NCBI GenBank assembly: GCA_010405405.1
Contig: MU004230.1
Span: forward strand, 1,212,627-1,276,626
Length of the DNA stretch: 64,000 nucleotides
DNA from: Microthyrium microscopicum
Taxonomy: Eukaryota
Direction: 5' to 3'
Positions 1 to 15,172 of this stretch are shown here, in pieces; the first letter of the stretch is position 1; every line of letters begins with the position of its first letter. A program made the position numbers and the translations under genes. The notes below the pieces were generated by a model. The model was given only the letters and a program-made list of their open reading frames with translations, was not told the DNA's origin and did not search any database.

Positions 1-194
1 TTGTCGCGGGGCAGCACGCCTAGGAGGTCTTCGTTGGGATTCGTTGCGTCATTGGGAAGGTCTTGAGGGATGGTGTCGTAGCCGAGTTGATTGCTGGCTC
101 CAGCGTTGGGAGTGGGGACGTCGTCGAAGGAGCTGGAGGAGTCACTTGCTCTTCGAGGTCCGGATTCGAGCTCTTCGTCGGAGAGAGGATCCAT
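1..194 (-). CDS. 5' part of an unknown protein-coding gene running off the window start (MDPLSDEELESGPRRASDSSSSFDDVPTPN...)
   Basis: ATG at 194 in ACAATGG context, open frame to the window edge, pyrimidine-rich upstream leader; acidic/disordered N-terminus with no recognisable domain. Confidence 0.5.
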   Translation of the reverse strand, partial: MDPLSDEELESGPRRASDSSSSFDDVPTPNAGASNQLGYDTIPQDLPNDATNPNEDLLGVLPRD

Positions 195-774
195 TGTGAG
201 ATGTGTAGAGTGAAGATAGGGAGAGGTGGTAGGAGAGTGGGCGCTGTCTGCAGTCAATTGAGTCAGTGGAAACAAAGAAAGTTGGAGGGATTGGAGATTA
301 TACTTCTGTCCATGGTGGTACACAGCGAGGATCTAGGAAGAGTCTATTGTAGGAGGTGCCAATGGCGGTCAGCGGCTTGCGTCTTGGTGCAAGGCCACAG
401 ACCTCGAAAAGTGAACGCGGAGATGCGGTTGGACGCGGCAGGTGCAAGGCTGAGACAACTTGCCCATCCATCATATGCGCTCCTGCACTTCAATATTGGC
501 TTAGATTAAAGTACACAGCACAACGATATGGAGAAATAATGGGTATTGTAATTGTCTTGAAATTGTATACAGAAACAAATGTCATATACATTCGACCCAC
601 CGATACCAGAAAATGCAGCTCATTCATCCATCAACCATTCTTCCGCTTCAGCAATCTTTCTTATACAGTCCTTCGTACTATTCACTAGGCTAAAATGCCA
701 ATATCTAAGGTTTCGCCCCTAAGCACCTATGGTATGCAAAGCCACAAAAGAATCCAACTCCCAAGAAAAGCATT

Positions 775-2999
775 TTAGTAAGTTCTCTTGAAAGGAGGTA
801 CAGGCTTGCACTCGGCCTCGTCGAGGGTAGTTGCGATCACAGAGCGGTATCCAATGTCCACCTTGCCATGTGGTTCTTTTTGCCATGTTAGTGTGTGCTT
901 CATCCAGTTCTTGTCGTCACGATCAGGGAAGTCTTCACGGGCGTGAGCTCCACGAGATTCCTTGCGGTTGGATGCAGCCTGGGCTGTTTGTGTACTATAT
1001 AGGATTAGCATGCTGTGTTGATAGAAGATGAAGGTTCACTTACGCGCAGGTTAAAAGGTTTCGAAGTTCGAGGGTTTCAACCAAATCCGAGTTCCAGATC
1101 ATGCTGCGATCCTTGGTGCCAACTTGGGAGAACATCTGGTCAACCTTGTCGATACCTTTGACACCCTCATCCAAGCTCTCTTGAGTTCGGAAAACGCTGA
1201 CGTCTGTTTGCATGACCTTTTGCATGGCAGAACGAATCTCAGCAGTGCTCTTGGGACCATCTGCAACACGAGCCTTGTCAATGACCGAAATGCTGTCTGC
1301 ACCGGCATCAGGCGCAACCTCTTTTTGTGCCTGGCCAGGCTTGAAGTTGTCGCGGATAGTGTGTGAAACAGCACGGCCGAAGACAATGAGATCGAGTAGA
1401 GAGTTTGCACCAAGACGGTTAGCACCGTGGACGGACACACATGCAGCTTCACCACACGCGAAGAGTCCGGGTACGACTTCATCGTCACCCTTGGCATTTT
1501 GGGTGAGAACTTCTCCGGTATATTTGGTTGGGATACCACCCATGTTATAATGGACGGTTGGAAGGACAGGAATTGGTTGTTTAGTGACATCGACACCGGC
1601 GAAAATGGCAGCAGTTTCGGAGATACCTGGTAGACGCTCGTGAAGAATATCCGGAGGAAGATGGCTGAGTTGGAGGAAAATGTGATCTTTCTCGGCGCCC
1701 ACACCACGTCCTTCACGGATTTCCATGGTCATTGATCGAGATACGACGTCACGACTGGCGAGATCCTTTGCAGTTGGGGCATAACGTTCCATGAACCGTT
1801 CTCCCTCGGAGTTGAGTAGATATCCACCCTCACCTCGAGAACCTTCGGTGATGAGGCAGCCAGCGCCGTAGATACCAGTAGGATGAAATTGCACAAACTC
1901 GAGATCCTGGTTAGGAAGACCAGCACGAGCAACCATAGCCATACCGTCTCCAGTGCAAGTATGGGCTGATGTGCAACTGAAGTACGCACGACCGTAACCA
2001 CCTGTAGCCAAAACAGTGTTTAGAGCCTTGAATCGATGGATGGTTCCATCCTCTTGGTTATAAGCAATGACACCCTTGCAGACGCCATCTTCCATGATTA
2101 GATCGGTGGCGAAAAACTCGATGAAGTATTTGGTGTTGTGTCGTAGCGATTGGCCATAAAGAGTATGTAGAAGAGCGTGTCCAGTACGATCAGCGGCAGC
2201 GCAGCATCTGTAGGCTTGGCCACCCTTTCCGAAATCTTGAGATTGACCTCCGAAAGCACGTTGATAACTGTCTTTGTTAGTTCTGAGTAGAAAAATCAAA
2301 AAGCGTTGCCTTACATGCGACCATCTTCCGTTCTCGAAAATGGACAACCGTAGTTTTCGAGTTCAATAACACTTTGAGGAGCTTCACGTGTCATGTAGTG
2401 GATAGCGTCTTGATCTCCCAACCAATCTGAACCTTTGACGGTATCGTACATATGCCACCTCCAGTCATCTTTGTGCATGCTACAAAACCAGTTAGCCATG
2501 CCAATCAATCAGTGCTTGATATAGTAGACACTCACTTTCCGAGAGCTGCATTAATACCGCCCTGTGCGGCTACAGTGTGGGACCGCGTAGGGAAGAGCTT
2601 AGAGATACAGGCAGTGTTGAATCCGGCTTCAGCAAGACCAAAGGCGGCTCTGAGACCGGCACCACCGGCACCGACCACAATAGCGTCGTATTCATGGTCA
2701 ATGATCGGGTATGAATGTGTTGTGGGTGATGGCGCCTCTTTGGCACGGAGGGGTTGCGTGGAGATGATGCGGGCGACGGGTTTGGTAGAGGAGAATTGAC
2801 GAGTCTGCGATCGCACAGCTCGTGAGAGCTAATTAGGTTTGAAAAGTCAGCATTTGATCGAAATTGAGCTTGATAGAGAAGAGCACGAGTGGCTTTCTTG
2901 GAGACCAAGAGACCTTGAACTCGAAGCAAGCGAGCAGGATTGGAAAAGGAAGCTTACCAGGCGTGGTACAGCGACACGACGCAATGCTAAAGGACTCAT
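775..2999 (-). CDS. SDH1: Succinate dehydrogenase flavoprotein subunit, mitochondrial (multi-exon)
   Basis: GAGGAG dinucleotide-binding motif, covalent-FAD His motif [50 protein letters not shown]-terminal [10 protein letters not shown]...PPFKRTY; Arg-rich presequence [32 protein letters not shown] introns join ORFs 2532-2816, 2311-2508, 1040-2347 and 775-1011. Confidence 0.97.
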
Positions 3000-3745
3000 G
3001 GTGCCGGCGTTGTAGAGTAAAACGCGCAACGAGAGCAATTGACAGGTGTTGAGTGGAGAGTGTACAATGCAGTGGTGATGCTGTCTTTTTGGTGTATGCC
3101 CTGTCGCAGTTTGTCGCCTCCAATGGGATTCAGGTGCCGGCCACTTTCGGCCAAATCAAGCCGAGGAACTCTTTCTCGAAACAATCCAAAACGCCGACAA
3201 TTCGACAACGATCATATATTTAAGTATGAAAAGTTTACTACATCGAAGATAAAATACTCAACTTGAATCCATCGCTATTTTCATTTTCATATCATGCATG
3301 CTGCGTGTTATCCTAGCTGTTGCATGGCATTCTCGTGGCTCGGGATTGTCCGCTTCTCACTATTATCTGCGCCCTGATTGGTTGTCATCCTCTATATAAT
3401 ACCATCATCGATTGCCTCAATAATTTCTACATCATGTGGAGAGTGGAATGCTATAGAATGCGTTGCGAGTTGCTTGTGTTATTCAGCATATACACTTTCA
3501 CTAGAGCATCAAATCTTATCATCAGAGTATTCATTTTTTGACTATCTCTTACACAGCCGGATGAGCTGCCAATGCTCCTCCGATCAACGCCATTGCAGAA
3601 AAGAACCCAATGCATCAAGCAAGCACTTAAGCCGCTACCAAGTCCTTCTTCAGAGTGCCCACTATCTGTCGCTTTTCTTGTGCGGTCTGGTAAGCTCCAT
3701 GTCCGAACTTGGACGATGTATCGATCCATTTCAACTCAACCTTCT

Positions 3746-5329
<1,584 letters not shown>

Positions 5330-5808
5330 TTACTAACACACCTACTACTACGCTGCATCTACTCTACTACTAACCACCATTGCTCGACTCTACTTCAACT
5401 TCTATCATAAATTCCATATCGCGGCTTAACTCTTTAAACCCCTCCGCCGCCGTCCTCTATTCCATCCAACCCGCCCTCGTCATCTTTCCTCCACCCCCTT
5501 GCGCTGTTATTTAAAGCGCACCTAGCCCAACAACAGCTCATCCGCTAGTGTACGTTCCCCCAAACCTGAGGTCCATCATCAATTTCGTCACCGACACCTC
5601 CCGCAAGCAACACCTCAACACTTTCATCCTGCATAACCTATCGCCCTACCCTTCTCCATTGGTCTCTATTTGGTCTCCATCGATCTTTTGGCTAAATACC
5701 TTATTTCTCTAGACAGCCTCATCATCGTACCCACCCTGCCCCCTCTCACAAACATATTTCAAATCCAATCACCTCTACATCCGGTGATCGGTGCCAGCTC
5801 TATAAGCC

Positions 5809-7564
5809 ATGGTGGATGCGCTAGAAGGGAACCCAGTGACTTGGAAGTTTACACAGTAAGATCTTGTTGCCACACCGCATCTTTGTTGCTGGTGTGTGGG
5901 TTAAGCACAACGGAGACTGACTTGCTGCGACAGATGTTTTGGTGATAAAGGAGATGTTGAAGACATTACGGAAGGTGAGAAACAACTTTTTGTTTGACCA
6001 AAAGCATTGTCAAGAGACGCTAAACATATTCAAGCCGACATCATCTCTACCGTTGAGTTTGATCAGACAGGAAACTACCTCGCGACCGGTGACAAAGGTG
6101 GACGTGTTGTTCTGTTTGAGCGCAATGAAACGGTTAGCCATATCCCCATCTGATCATTCCTTAGCTGTGGCCCAAGAAATTGACCAACACATCGCAGAAG
6201 AAGACCTGTGAATACAAGTTCCACACCGAATTCCAATCCCACGAGCCTGAGTTTGATTACCTAAAATCGTTAGAAATTGAAGAGAAGATCAACAAAATAA
6301 AATGGTGTCGTCGACAAAATGCATCTCACTACCTTCTCTCAACGAACGACAAAACAATCAAGCTCTGGAAGGTTTACGAAAAGTCATTGAAAGTTGTGGC
6401 AGAAAATAACCTGTCCCATGAACTGACTCCTGGAGGTGGTGTTCCTGGAGGCGGCCCACCTGTTCGAAATGCTCAACATAGATTCCGGCAAGCCGCCGAC
6501 TTGAAGCTACCTCGACTCACTCACCATGACACCGTTGTCGCCGCGGTACCGAGAAAAACATATGCCAATGCCCATGCCTATCACATCAATAGCATATCTG
6601 TCAATAGTGACGGGGAGACTTTTATCAGCAGTGATGATCTTCGAATCAACCTTTGGAATCTTAACATCCAAGATCAAAGCTTCAACATTGTGGATATCAA
6701 GCCAGCAAATATGGAAGAGCTTACCGAAGTCATAACTGCCGCGGAATTTCACCCTACTAGCTGCAATTGGTTCATGTATGCCAGCTCCAAGGGAACTATA
6801 AAACTGGCAGACATGCGAGAGAATGCACTCTGCGATGTGCACGCAAAACGTGCGTTCTTCCACTTCACCTTGTGTACTAAATTACTAACAACCAAGCAGA
6901 ATTCGAACAGGAAGAAGATCCACAGGCGCGCTCATTCTTTTCAGAAATCATCTCATCCATATCCGACGTTCGCTTCTCTCATGATGGCCGCTATCTCCTT
7001 TCCCGCGATTATTTGACCGTCAAAATATGGGATGTAAATATGGAACGCGCGCCGATAAAGGTTATCCCAATCCATGAGCACCTACGACCTCGTCTTTGTG
7101 ACACATACGAAAACGATAGCATCTTTGACAAATTTGAGGTTGTGTTCTCAGGCGATGCCAAGAACGTAATGACAGGAAGTTACAACAACAACTTTATGAT
7201 CTACCCAACGGATCCAGAGAAAGATACTGAAGTGGTCCTTCAAGCGGATAAGTCGGCATTCAAGGCCAAGAAGGTGGGCATTCCTACGCCAATGAACGCC
7301 ACGAGTCCCACTGGATCGAACAAGAAGGGAGGTTCGCGGGCAGGTAGTCCCTCTGCTGGCGGGGTTGCTCCCGGACAACGAATGCGAAAGGAGACCGACG
7401 CTGATCAGATTGATTTTAACAAAAAAATCCTGCATATGAGTTGGCATCCATTCGAAGACAGCATAGCAATTGCAGCGACAAATAATGTAAGTACAACTGG
7501 TTCAGCACATTTTCAACTGACTGTACTAACATCATGGCAGCTTTTTGTCTTCTCAGCTTTGTAG
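5809..7564 (+). CDS. CDC55: Protein phosphatase 2A regulatory subunit B55 (WD40), multi-exon
   Basis: Spliced N-terminus WKFTQCFGDKG...[101 protein letters not shown]. Confidence 0.96.
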
Positions 7565-8449
7565 ACGATGAACGTCTTGGGGTAATGCACGTTTAGAGTT
7601 GAATTGAATGCACACATATCAGGAGGCCTATCTCTCGTGGCAAAGGGTTGGGTTTCTGATTATTGGCATGCTAGGAGAGGTTTGATTCTTTCTAAGATGT
7701 CACATATATGTGTGTAGGACTTTGCAGACTGAGATAATTTGGCTTCGCAAGAGGCTTATATCAGTAAGAGGCAAAGGTAAAGAGAAGAATGTCAAAAATA
7801 ATGACGAATCATTCATTGCATTGTAAACTTTCAGACCTCAAAACGTGCATTAATGATATAGCAGAGCAGCGGTATTTGAAGAAGTTAAAACAATACCGGT
7901 ACTCTCAGAGCCCATCTCGATTTGAGATATGGTCCTGGAGATTTACTTGATAAGCATATCCAACCATTGAGATATTGTTCACCACGTTTTCCCCTATGAT
8001 GTGTCAAACAGTATTTATACATGATCTGAAGCGTAATTAAATGAATGGTCAAACAGGTCGAGTTGGAGATGCTGTATGCTGATTGGTTAACTAGGGCCAT
8101 TAGCTCTCATCAGATCCATCATCATTGAATTGACGGTTGACATTTGAGCCTCCAACTTTCTCCATCACAACTACATTCCACGCTGGCCGTTTGCTTTGAT
8201 ATTCATCCGGGATCGTCTCAATGTCCATGCAATTACACCGAAGATAGACTCGCTCGCTAGTGTCGCTCCTTACGCGCCTCTCTCGTTAATCTGGACCCGT
8301 TGCGCACGTCGCAGTGCACAGAACATTGAACGTGGCCCCAACCTCTACCACGCACCGTCAAACAAACCTCTGGACTTGTATATAGCTACCACATTTAATT
8401 GGACTCCATCGACTTCTACTTCATAGCATTTTCAGACTCTCAAAACATC

Positions 8450-9722
8450 ATGTCTGAGCTTCTCGCACCATTGCTCATTTTTGGGGGTTGTTGCTCCAAC
8501 GTAAGCATCAGAATCGAGCACGCCCAGCATCGCATTGTACTAATCGGAAAATAGGTGTATGCATTAGAAACAATATTGAAGTAAGTATAGACTCAGATAA
8601 AAGAATATGTCCACTAACAATTCACAGACATGACATGGACAGCGGTAAAGTTCCACTCATCGCCTATCAGATTCACCATTAATTCTAACGTCCTATTAAG
8701 GTCTCCTCATCACATTAATGCAATTCATCCTCGTTGCCTTAGCAGTCTATCCATCTCAATCATCATCTTCGCCGCCAACCTTTCTCAAAAAGACCAAGAT
8801 CCCCATGCGCGTTCTCTTCACCAGCGCCGCCATGTTCTACGCCGTCAACATGCTCAACAACTGGGCCTTTGCCTTCAACATCAGCGTGCCCGTGCACATC
8901 ATCCTACGCTCTTTTGGCAGTGTCACCACCATGGTCGCTGGTTACCTAAAGGGCAAATCCTACTCGCGGCTGCAAATTGTCGCTGTCATAACGCTGACCG
9001 TTGGCGTGATGCTGTCCGCCTGGGCCGACGCGATTGCCAAAGTATGGAACCTCACATTTGCTGACCCACCAAGCTCCATACTAATCCAACCCCAGGGGAA
9101 AACTGCTCACGTAGAGAAGACGGAGAACGACAATTCGTCGGCGCTGGGTCTACTGATATTGTTGGTAGCCCAGATCCTCTCATCGTACATGGGCATTTAT
9201 GTACAAGACACGTACGCGCAATATGGAACGCATTGGCGCGAAAATCTCTTTTACAGCCATCTTTGGTCTCTCCCACTTTTCTTGCCGCTTCAACCCACAC
9301 TCTCCCGGCAATTTACACGCCTCGCCTCATCACCACCACCGCATCTACCACAGTCTCTAGTGCCGTACATTCCCCTCGCTATTCAACGACTCATTCTACG
9401 CACGCCAACTTCATTGTACCACTTGGCACTTAACTCGGCCACGCAACTAGTCTGTATCACAGGCGTAAACTTGCTCGGTGCGAGAAGCAGTGCAGTAACG
9501 GTAACGATTGTCCTGAATGTGCGAAAGCTGGTGAGCTTTCTGCTTAGTATCTGGATCTTTGGAAACCCGATGAGTGGATTGATGGCGCTGGGTGCTGGGC
9601 TGGTGTTTGGAGCGGGCGCATTGTATGGATGGGAGACGAGCGTGGGTATTAAGCGGCGGAAGGCGTTGGAAGGCAAGGAGAACGGAGTCGCGAAGAAGGA
9701 GGAGCTGAAAAAAGAATTGTGA
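8450..9722 (+). CDS. YEA4: UAA-family nucleotide-sugar transporter (UDP-GlcNAc, Yea4/SLC35B4-like), multi-exon
   Basis: Spliced start MSELLAPLLIFGGCCSNVYALE (IFGGCCSN hallmark), LNNWAFAFNISVPVHIILRS, WRENLFYSH, TQLVCITGVN, VTIVLNVRKLVS; C-terminal KKEL fits a KKxx ER-retrieval signal; includes two micro-exons and an in-frame intron near 9042-9095. Confidence 0.88.
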
Positions 9723-10601
9723 TGAGCCCGGTTTTGCGTTGGTTGGCTTGTTAGTATATTTGCTGTTTGATATGGGTGGCGCTGGCGTTCAGTGGTGGTA
9801 TTTTGACATTGGAACTGTTTATGTAAATTATTGGCGATAGACTTGTTGAGAATAGAGTTGTATATGCACTTTGTTTTGAGAATTGGTGGTTTGGTTGGCA
9901 TTGAAGTCGTTGAGTTTGGAAATAGGGGTATTGTTGACATTATCGACATTTTTCACGTAAAACTGCCACATCATTAAGCAATCTCCACGCCAACATTTCT
10001 GGAGGTAGAATCGGATTTAACATTTAGACTTAGCTGTGTTCGAGTTGTATATGCCAGAAAACGGGTTGGAAGAATATAAAATCGCTAGTAGCGGTCTCTG
10101 ATCAAAGCTCTGATATCTCTGAAGTATCACGACAGAGCCGTCAGGACATCTCGAATTTGAAATAATGAGCTTAAAATCGTAACAAAGGTAACAGGTACTA
10201 TTATCGAAATTGCGGGCGCTTTAAATATGCCAGTGACTGCTGATGTGACCACAGTATAAAATTCGGTCAGTCAAAGAGTCATCTTAAGTAAAACCAAGTA
10301 ACTGCGCAATACCAATGATTTCTTGCTCGTCAGCGTTCAATGGTATCTCTAGTGGCAGACACATCACTCTATCGGCTAGAGCTGGCGTGAGATACTGTTG
10401 ATCATAGACGATACAAGGCTCGTTTGAAAAGGACGCTGAGAAAGACACATTGAACGAACCGGGACAGATGTGAAATCAAACTACTTTTTTTGTCTTTTTG
10501 TGTCTGTTTTGTATGCTAAATGGGTACAAGAAGTGTCATTACAAGATAGCAGAAATCAATGATTGCAAAGCATATGTCTCCTTCTGTGGCCTACACCTCA
10601 G

Positions 10602-10853
10602 TCACTTCTTCCAGGCAGGTGGGTTTGCCACCCGATTTTCTCGAGCTTTCTTAGCTTCCTCCCATTCCTCATCCGTCCAACCTGATCCTGTATCGATGTA
10701 TGGTTTGATGGCGTCTTCGTCCAGGCCCCGTTGGAAGTCTCCCCGCCACTCAAGGTATTGAACTATCTCTTCAATAGTATACCAATACCCTGTCCTACTG
10801 AGATCTCCGATCTCCACTGCTTCTTTTTTCTTCGGGCTAATAGTCTTGACCAT
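10602..10853 (-). CDS. Small hypothetical protein (~83 aa)
   Basis: ATG in AAAATGG context; single exon; charged, Trp-rich protein-like composition (GWTDEEWEEAKKARENR). No family recognised. Confidence 0.5.
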   Translation of the reverse strand: MVKTISPKKKEAVEIGDLSRTGYWYTIEEIVQYLEWRGDFQRGLDEDAIKPYIDTGSGWTDEEWEEAKKARENRVANPPAWKK

Positions 10854-11961
10854 TTTGGTGTTGGTTGAGGTATCGTTAGGCAAATTAGCACGAAACTTTG
10901 AAGTATAAAGGGTAGGTACCTTTGTCTCGAGTCTGAGAGTTGCTAGGACTGTAGCTCCAGTCGGCGTGAGGTGCTTGTTTCTTGATGAGGAGCAGGCTTA
11001 TGCTTGGTTGTGTATTTTGCAATCGATTGATAAATTTTTGACTCCTACTTGACCAGAAGTAGTAGCTTGAATGAAGGAAGCAAAGGGGTTTAGTGTATTA
11101 ATTGTGTTTGTTCCCACGAGAGCCGTTGGACGTCTGGGCTGGGAAAGGTTGTATGAAGTTGTCTTGTTCTTGATATAAGGTAGAGAATTGAAGAATGCTT
11201 TGGTCTACTCAGCCAGAAGTAGTATGTCTAATGTCTTGAGAAGTCTTTTTGATGTCTGCTTTTCATCTATCATTGTCCACGGCTATATACCATTTCTTTC
11301 CCACTGAGCAAACAAGCTTCAATCAAAGCCTAGACTTTGGTTCACATACGATACCAACAGGAACTTCTCAAACGATCTGCCAAAGGCTTCTAGAAGGACA
11401 AAACACGCACTGCTGTGATGGAAGCCAACAGTAACGTTCAGCAATCCTAGCTCTCTACAAACAGCTACTCAAGAAGAAATGAGACAAGTAACGGATCACA
11501 AACGTCTAGTGGGATTTGAAGCTGTCTTTTCAACCATGTGTGGATGATTTAGTGTATAGAAGATATTGTCCTGTGATATCTCATGGTCGTTCTTTAAGTC
11601 AGGGCTCACTTCTACGATCTAATTCTTCTGGCTCCCATAAGATCTCATGGGCTTAGTTTCCTTATGTTCATACCCGACATTTACATTATTAGAGTCGGCT
11701 TGATAGTCCGTTGTTGGTTCTTTTCGGATTTATGCATCTTGGTGTTCAATTCTTCACATACATAGGGACACGATATCGTCGTTCAAAGGTCGAAATCAAA
11801 TAAACTCTTTAATTAATATCAGATGAATGACAGATGAAGCAAAGCACTGTTACCCCTACATATAAAAGCAGTTCAAACACTTCTGCTAGACCTCCCCTAG
11901 GTCAAAAACTTCAAGCAATTCGATCATTACAAAGTTAACTAGTCGCCGCTCCTCAACTCAT

Positions 11962-12687
11962 TCAAGGCTCTCCTAACTGCTCCAATCGTTTGTGGATCGC
12001 TGACCAGAGCTCTTTACTTCCCACTTTCTCATCTTGCTGAAAGTCATTCCCAATAGTTGTCTCAATGCTAGACTGTGGGTCACGTTCTTGCCATTTCTTG
12101 TATGTTTTACCAGAGAACAGCTTCAGACCCCAATCCACTGTCAGGTTGTTGGTTTGTATGTGAAAGATGACCTTATTGATTTCAAGGCCTCGAAGATGAA
12201 AGTCCAGCATTGGCTCAAACTTGGGAAACCAGATCGACTTATGAAGTTTGTTCGTGTTCGTACAGGTGTTTGCATAGTAAGTCTGAAATTTTGGCTGTAG
12301 CCAGAATTGAACTTCAGGGCCATTTTGTCCTGGAAAGCGACATGTGGTTACTGTGTTGTTTCCGGTGAACTTCACACCCATTCCTGGAAATAGGTAGGTA
12401 ATCTCTTCCTTTATCTTATGCATTTGAGGTTCACGTACAAGTACACACCATGCCTGAAAAGAAGTCAATGTCTCAATATGGAGAAGCATAATCAGGAACT
12501 CTGGCCGAGAACTTACGACTGTGCCTTGAAAAGGCTCCGATGTGGGCCCCCAAACAAGTGATGCTGCTTGTCCGTGTACACAATACTGGATGCCACGCCG
12601 ATCCAATCTTGTCAACAAAATTTTCACCTGTTCCCACCCTTCGGTCTCATCAAAAATGCTGAGAGGTTGCGGTTCGGCTGGTATCAT
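11962..12687 (-). CDS. Hypothetical protein, paralogue 1 of a tandem nucleotidyltransferase-like family (~220 aa after removing intron 12454-12516)
   Basis: L-x3-L-x4-I-x-Y-C-V-x-G-x2-A-x3-W-G motif; phase-0 intron GTAAGT...TTGAC...CAG just before xW-x-V-L-V; later SIWFPKFEPML. Confidence 0.65.
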   Translation of the reverse strand: MIPAEPQPLSIFDETEGWEQVKILLTRLDRRGIQYCVHGQAASLVWGPTSEPFQGTVVSSRPEFLIMLLHIETLTSFQAWCVLVREPQMHKIKEEITYLFPGMGVKFTGNNTVTTCRFPGQNGPEVQFWLQPKFQTYYANTCTNTNKLHKSIWFPKFEPMLDFHLRGLEINKVIFHIQTNNLTVDWGLKLFSGKTYKKWQERDPQSSIETTIGNDFQQDEKVGSKELWSAIHKRLEQLGEP

Positions 12688-13823
12688 GATGACAGAAGTG
12701 TAGGGAATGATATGTATTATCCTGTGAGACGAGGTAGGGACCGATGATTGCCAACGTGCTACTAAGCCAGAAGTAGAAGCTTGCCTGAAAGCAAGCAGTT
12801 GTTGGATTGAAGGATGCGAGTAATAGCTTTGGATATTCCGAGATAAGAATATTGTACTGCCTGCAGATGCTGTGATGAATGGATAATCTGATATGTGCTA
12901 CCTGACCAGAAGTAGCAGCCTTGTCACGAGAAGAAAATAATCCGAGACAATTGTTTTTGATTCTTGGCTTTCGCCTAGCAGCATTCTCATACATATACCT
13001 TTTCAATGTGTTTCGCGAACAGACGTCAGTGAAGAGTTATTGCTTGTGAGTGGCTTTTTGCAAAACGAGGCCTCCCATGCAATCCATCGAAGTGTTTGCA
13101 GTGATGAAAAGACGACGTGCGATGACTAGAAGTATCAAGCAGTCAATCGACATCTTCCCTCAAACAGCTACTTCGGTATGTATGTAAGCAGAAGGCGGTG
13201 TGTCAATCAAAAAGACATGGGGCTTGCCGCAAGGAATTGATATGCCTGTGTTCCTGTTTGCTTTCCGCGAAGGCTTGTGCTTAGTATGAAGCCGAAGTAT
13301 CCATTGCGAACGAGTGTCATCTGAGCCATGATTTGCGATGGAAGCCAACAGGAGTCTTGGATCTCAAATTATGAGGCCAACACATGTGTTTGCATACCAA
13401 CGATCTCAGCCTCGCTGAATTTTGGATTTAGCTTCTGTACTGTATCATCGTGGGAGAACGATCAGGAAATGATCGGGCTCCAGGGCAGATCATTATGATC
13501 GTGAACTCGATCGTGAACTCAGCTAGGCTAGAACATTATTGAATGACTGACAGGGTATCATCTCATAAAACCGCCATCATAACGCAAAGAAAAGCTACCG
13601 TGTTACCAAAAACATTGGTTCAAATCAATAGTAATCGAAGCACGAGATTGAAATCACCTCCCAGCCTGCCATTAGTTTCAAATGATATCTGTGCATTATT
13701 GAATTCACTACATACAGGAGGGTTCTTGCTTCCCATGGGTACAACCAGTCCACCACGATCAAAGAATAGCTGATCTCAACGGCCACGTCAAGTCATGCTT
13801 CCCGAGAGGCGCTCTATGAGGCA

Positions 13824-14380
13824 TCAAGGGCGGAAGCTCGGTCGAGGGTACTGAAGGAATCTGTTCTGCTGCAAAATCCCTTGCTCAGGATATGGAATCT
13901 TTCGATTGCTCAAGACAATGGTCTTAGATTTAAGAGTGACGAGATCCAGTACAGACTTTAAATCTTGCCAATCGCTACTTATGATCTTCATATCGCGGTA
14001 CAGTGTGATCATATTCAATTTGGCTTTTGATCGATTGTCGGTCGCACCGCGGAGGTCTTGTTCCTTCTTTTTCAATTTGCCCTCATAGTAATAGTCCCGC
14101 AGGTTAGTGGAATATCCGACATCGTCATGTTTCACAAGTAATACCCATTGCTATAGTAGAACATGTTAGCATACGCAGATGGTGGATCTTAGCAATTTAC
14201 AGAGTCAAGTTCACTTACACTGTCCTCGGTTGACATCCCATAATACCGCATTGCTCCAGCTCCAATCACACAACAGGGAGTGCTTCTCGATCGAAGTAAT
14301 TTGACGAGCTTCTCAATGTGCTCTATTCCGTATTCCTCGTCGAATGACCTTGAACCAAGGCTTGATGTCGAAGAACCCAT
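13824..14380 (-). CDS. Hypothetical protein, paralogue 2 of the tandem family (162 aa; intron 14151-14218), predicted N-myristoylated
   Basis: MGSSTS start; YGIEHIEKLVKLLRSRSTPCCVIGAGAMRYYG; GTAAGT...GCTAAC...TAG intron joins ORFs 14189-14380 and 13824-14135 in frame; VLDL...RKIPYPEQGIL. Confidence 0.75.
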
Positions 14381-15172
14381 GGTGTCTTGTACTTGAGGTA
14401 AGTGGATACAAAAAGTAAGTGTCGAGAGTTGTGTTTTGTTTATACTTCTGGTTTTGTGTAAGATGGGATGTGGCTAAGGAGGAATTTATGGTTGGCGTTA
14501 TATACTGGGGTATGGAAATCGTATGTGAGTTTGTGGTGTCGTTGTTGTTGTATCGTAAAATACCAGTGAATTGCCACAGGCGACTTATCGCCAAGGTCGG
14601 GGCAGTGTCTGGAGAGTTCTGAGATATATAATATCTGTGACTATCCTCCGGCTCACCTACCTAATATACTATGCTGCAATTCGCTCTACAAACAAGGGTT
14701 AATAATAAAAGCACGTCTCCGAGCAAACGCAGTACTCTCCAACGACCTTCAGGCACCATAGCTGGCCAAAACTTCGTTTTCTAGACGGAAGGGCCATCAA
14801 GCGTGAACGCCCATGCACAAGCCCCACAAACAGTGTATCTTAAGACATAGGATAACTAAGAGTGAAGGAGTGGTGTCGAACAAGACGATTGTCTACCAAA
14901 CTCATTTTTGACTCGGTCAATCGTCACAACATGGGGTACAGCTTGAAAGCCTGGTGGGTTGTTAGAGATAACTCATATTATTGAGAGTACGTAGAGCATA
15001 TCAGATGGCAGACACGTGAGTAGGTAAAATATCTAATGTATAAGGATTTGGACTAATAGTCAATGGAAATCGTTATGTCAGGTAGTTCATCCACTCATCA
15101 ATATAGCCTAGTACGCCGCCTAAACGGATGACGGAGAAGCTGTGTATTATGTTGGATCAATCGGTATGTTGC

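Noticed and set aside
13497..13520. Short direct repeat GATCGTGAACTC x2 (similarly TCGACCTCAGAG x2 near 55066-55093)
   Set aside because: Only two copies with no spacer array or terminal repeats; simple slippage duplications, not CRISPR or transposon ends.
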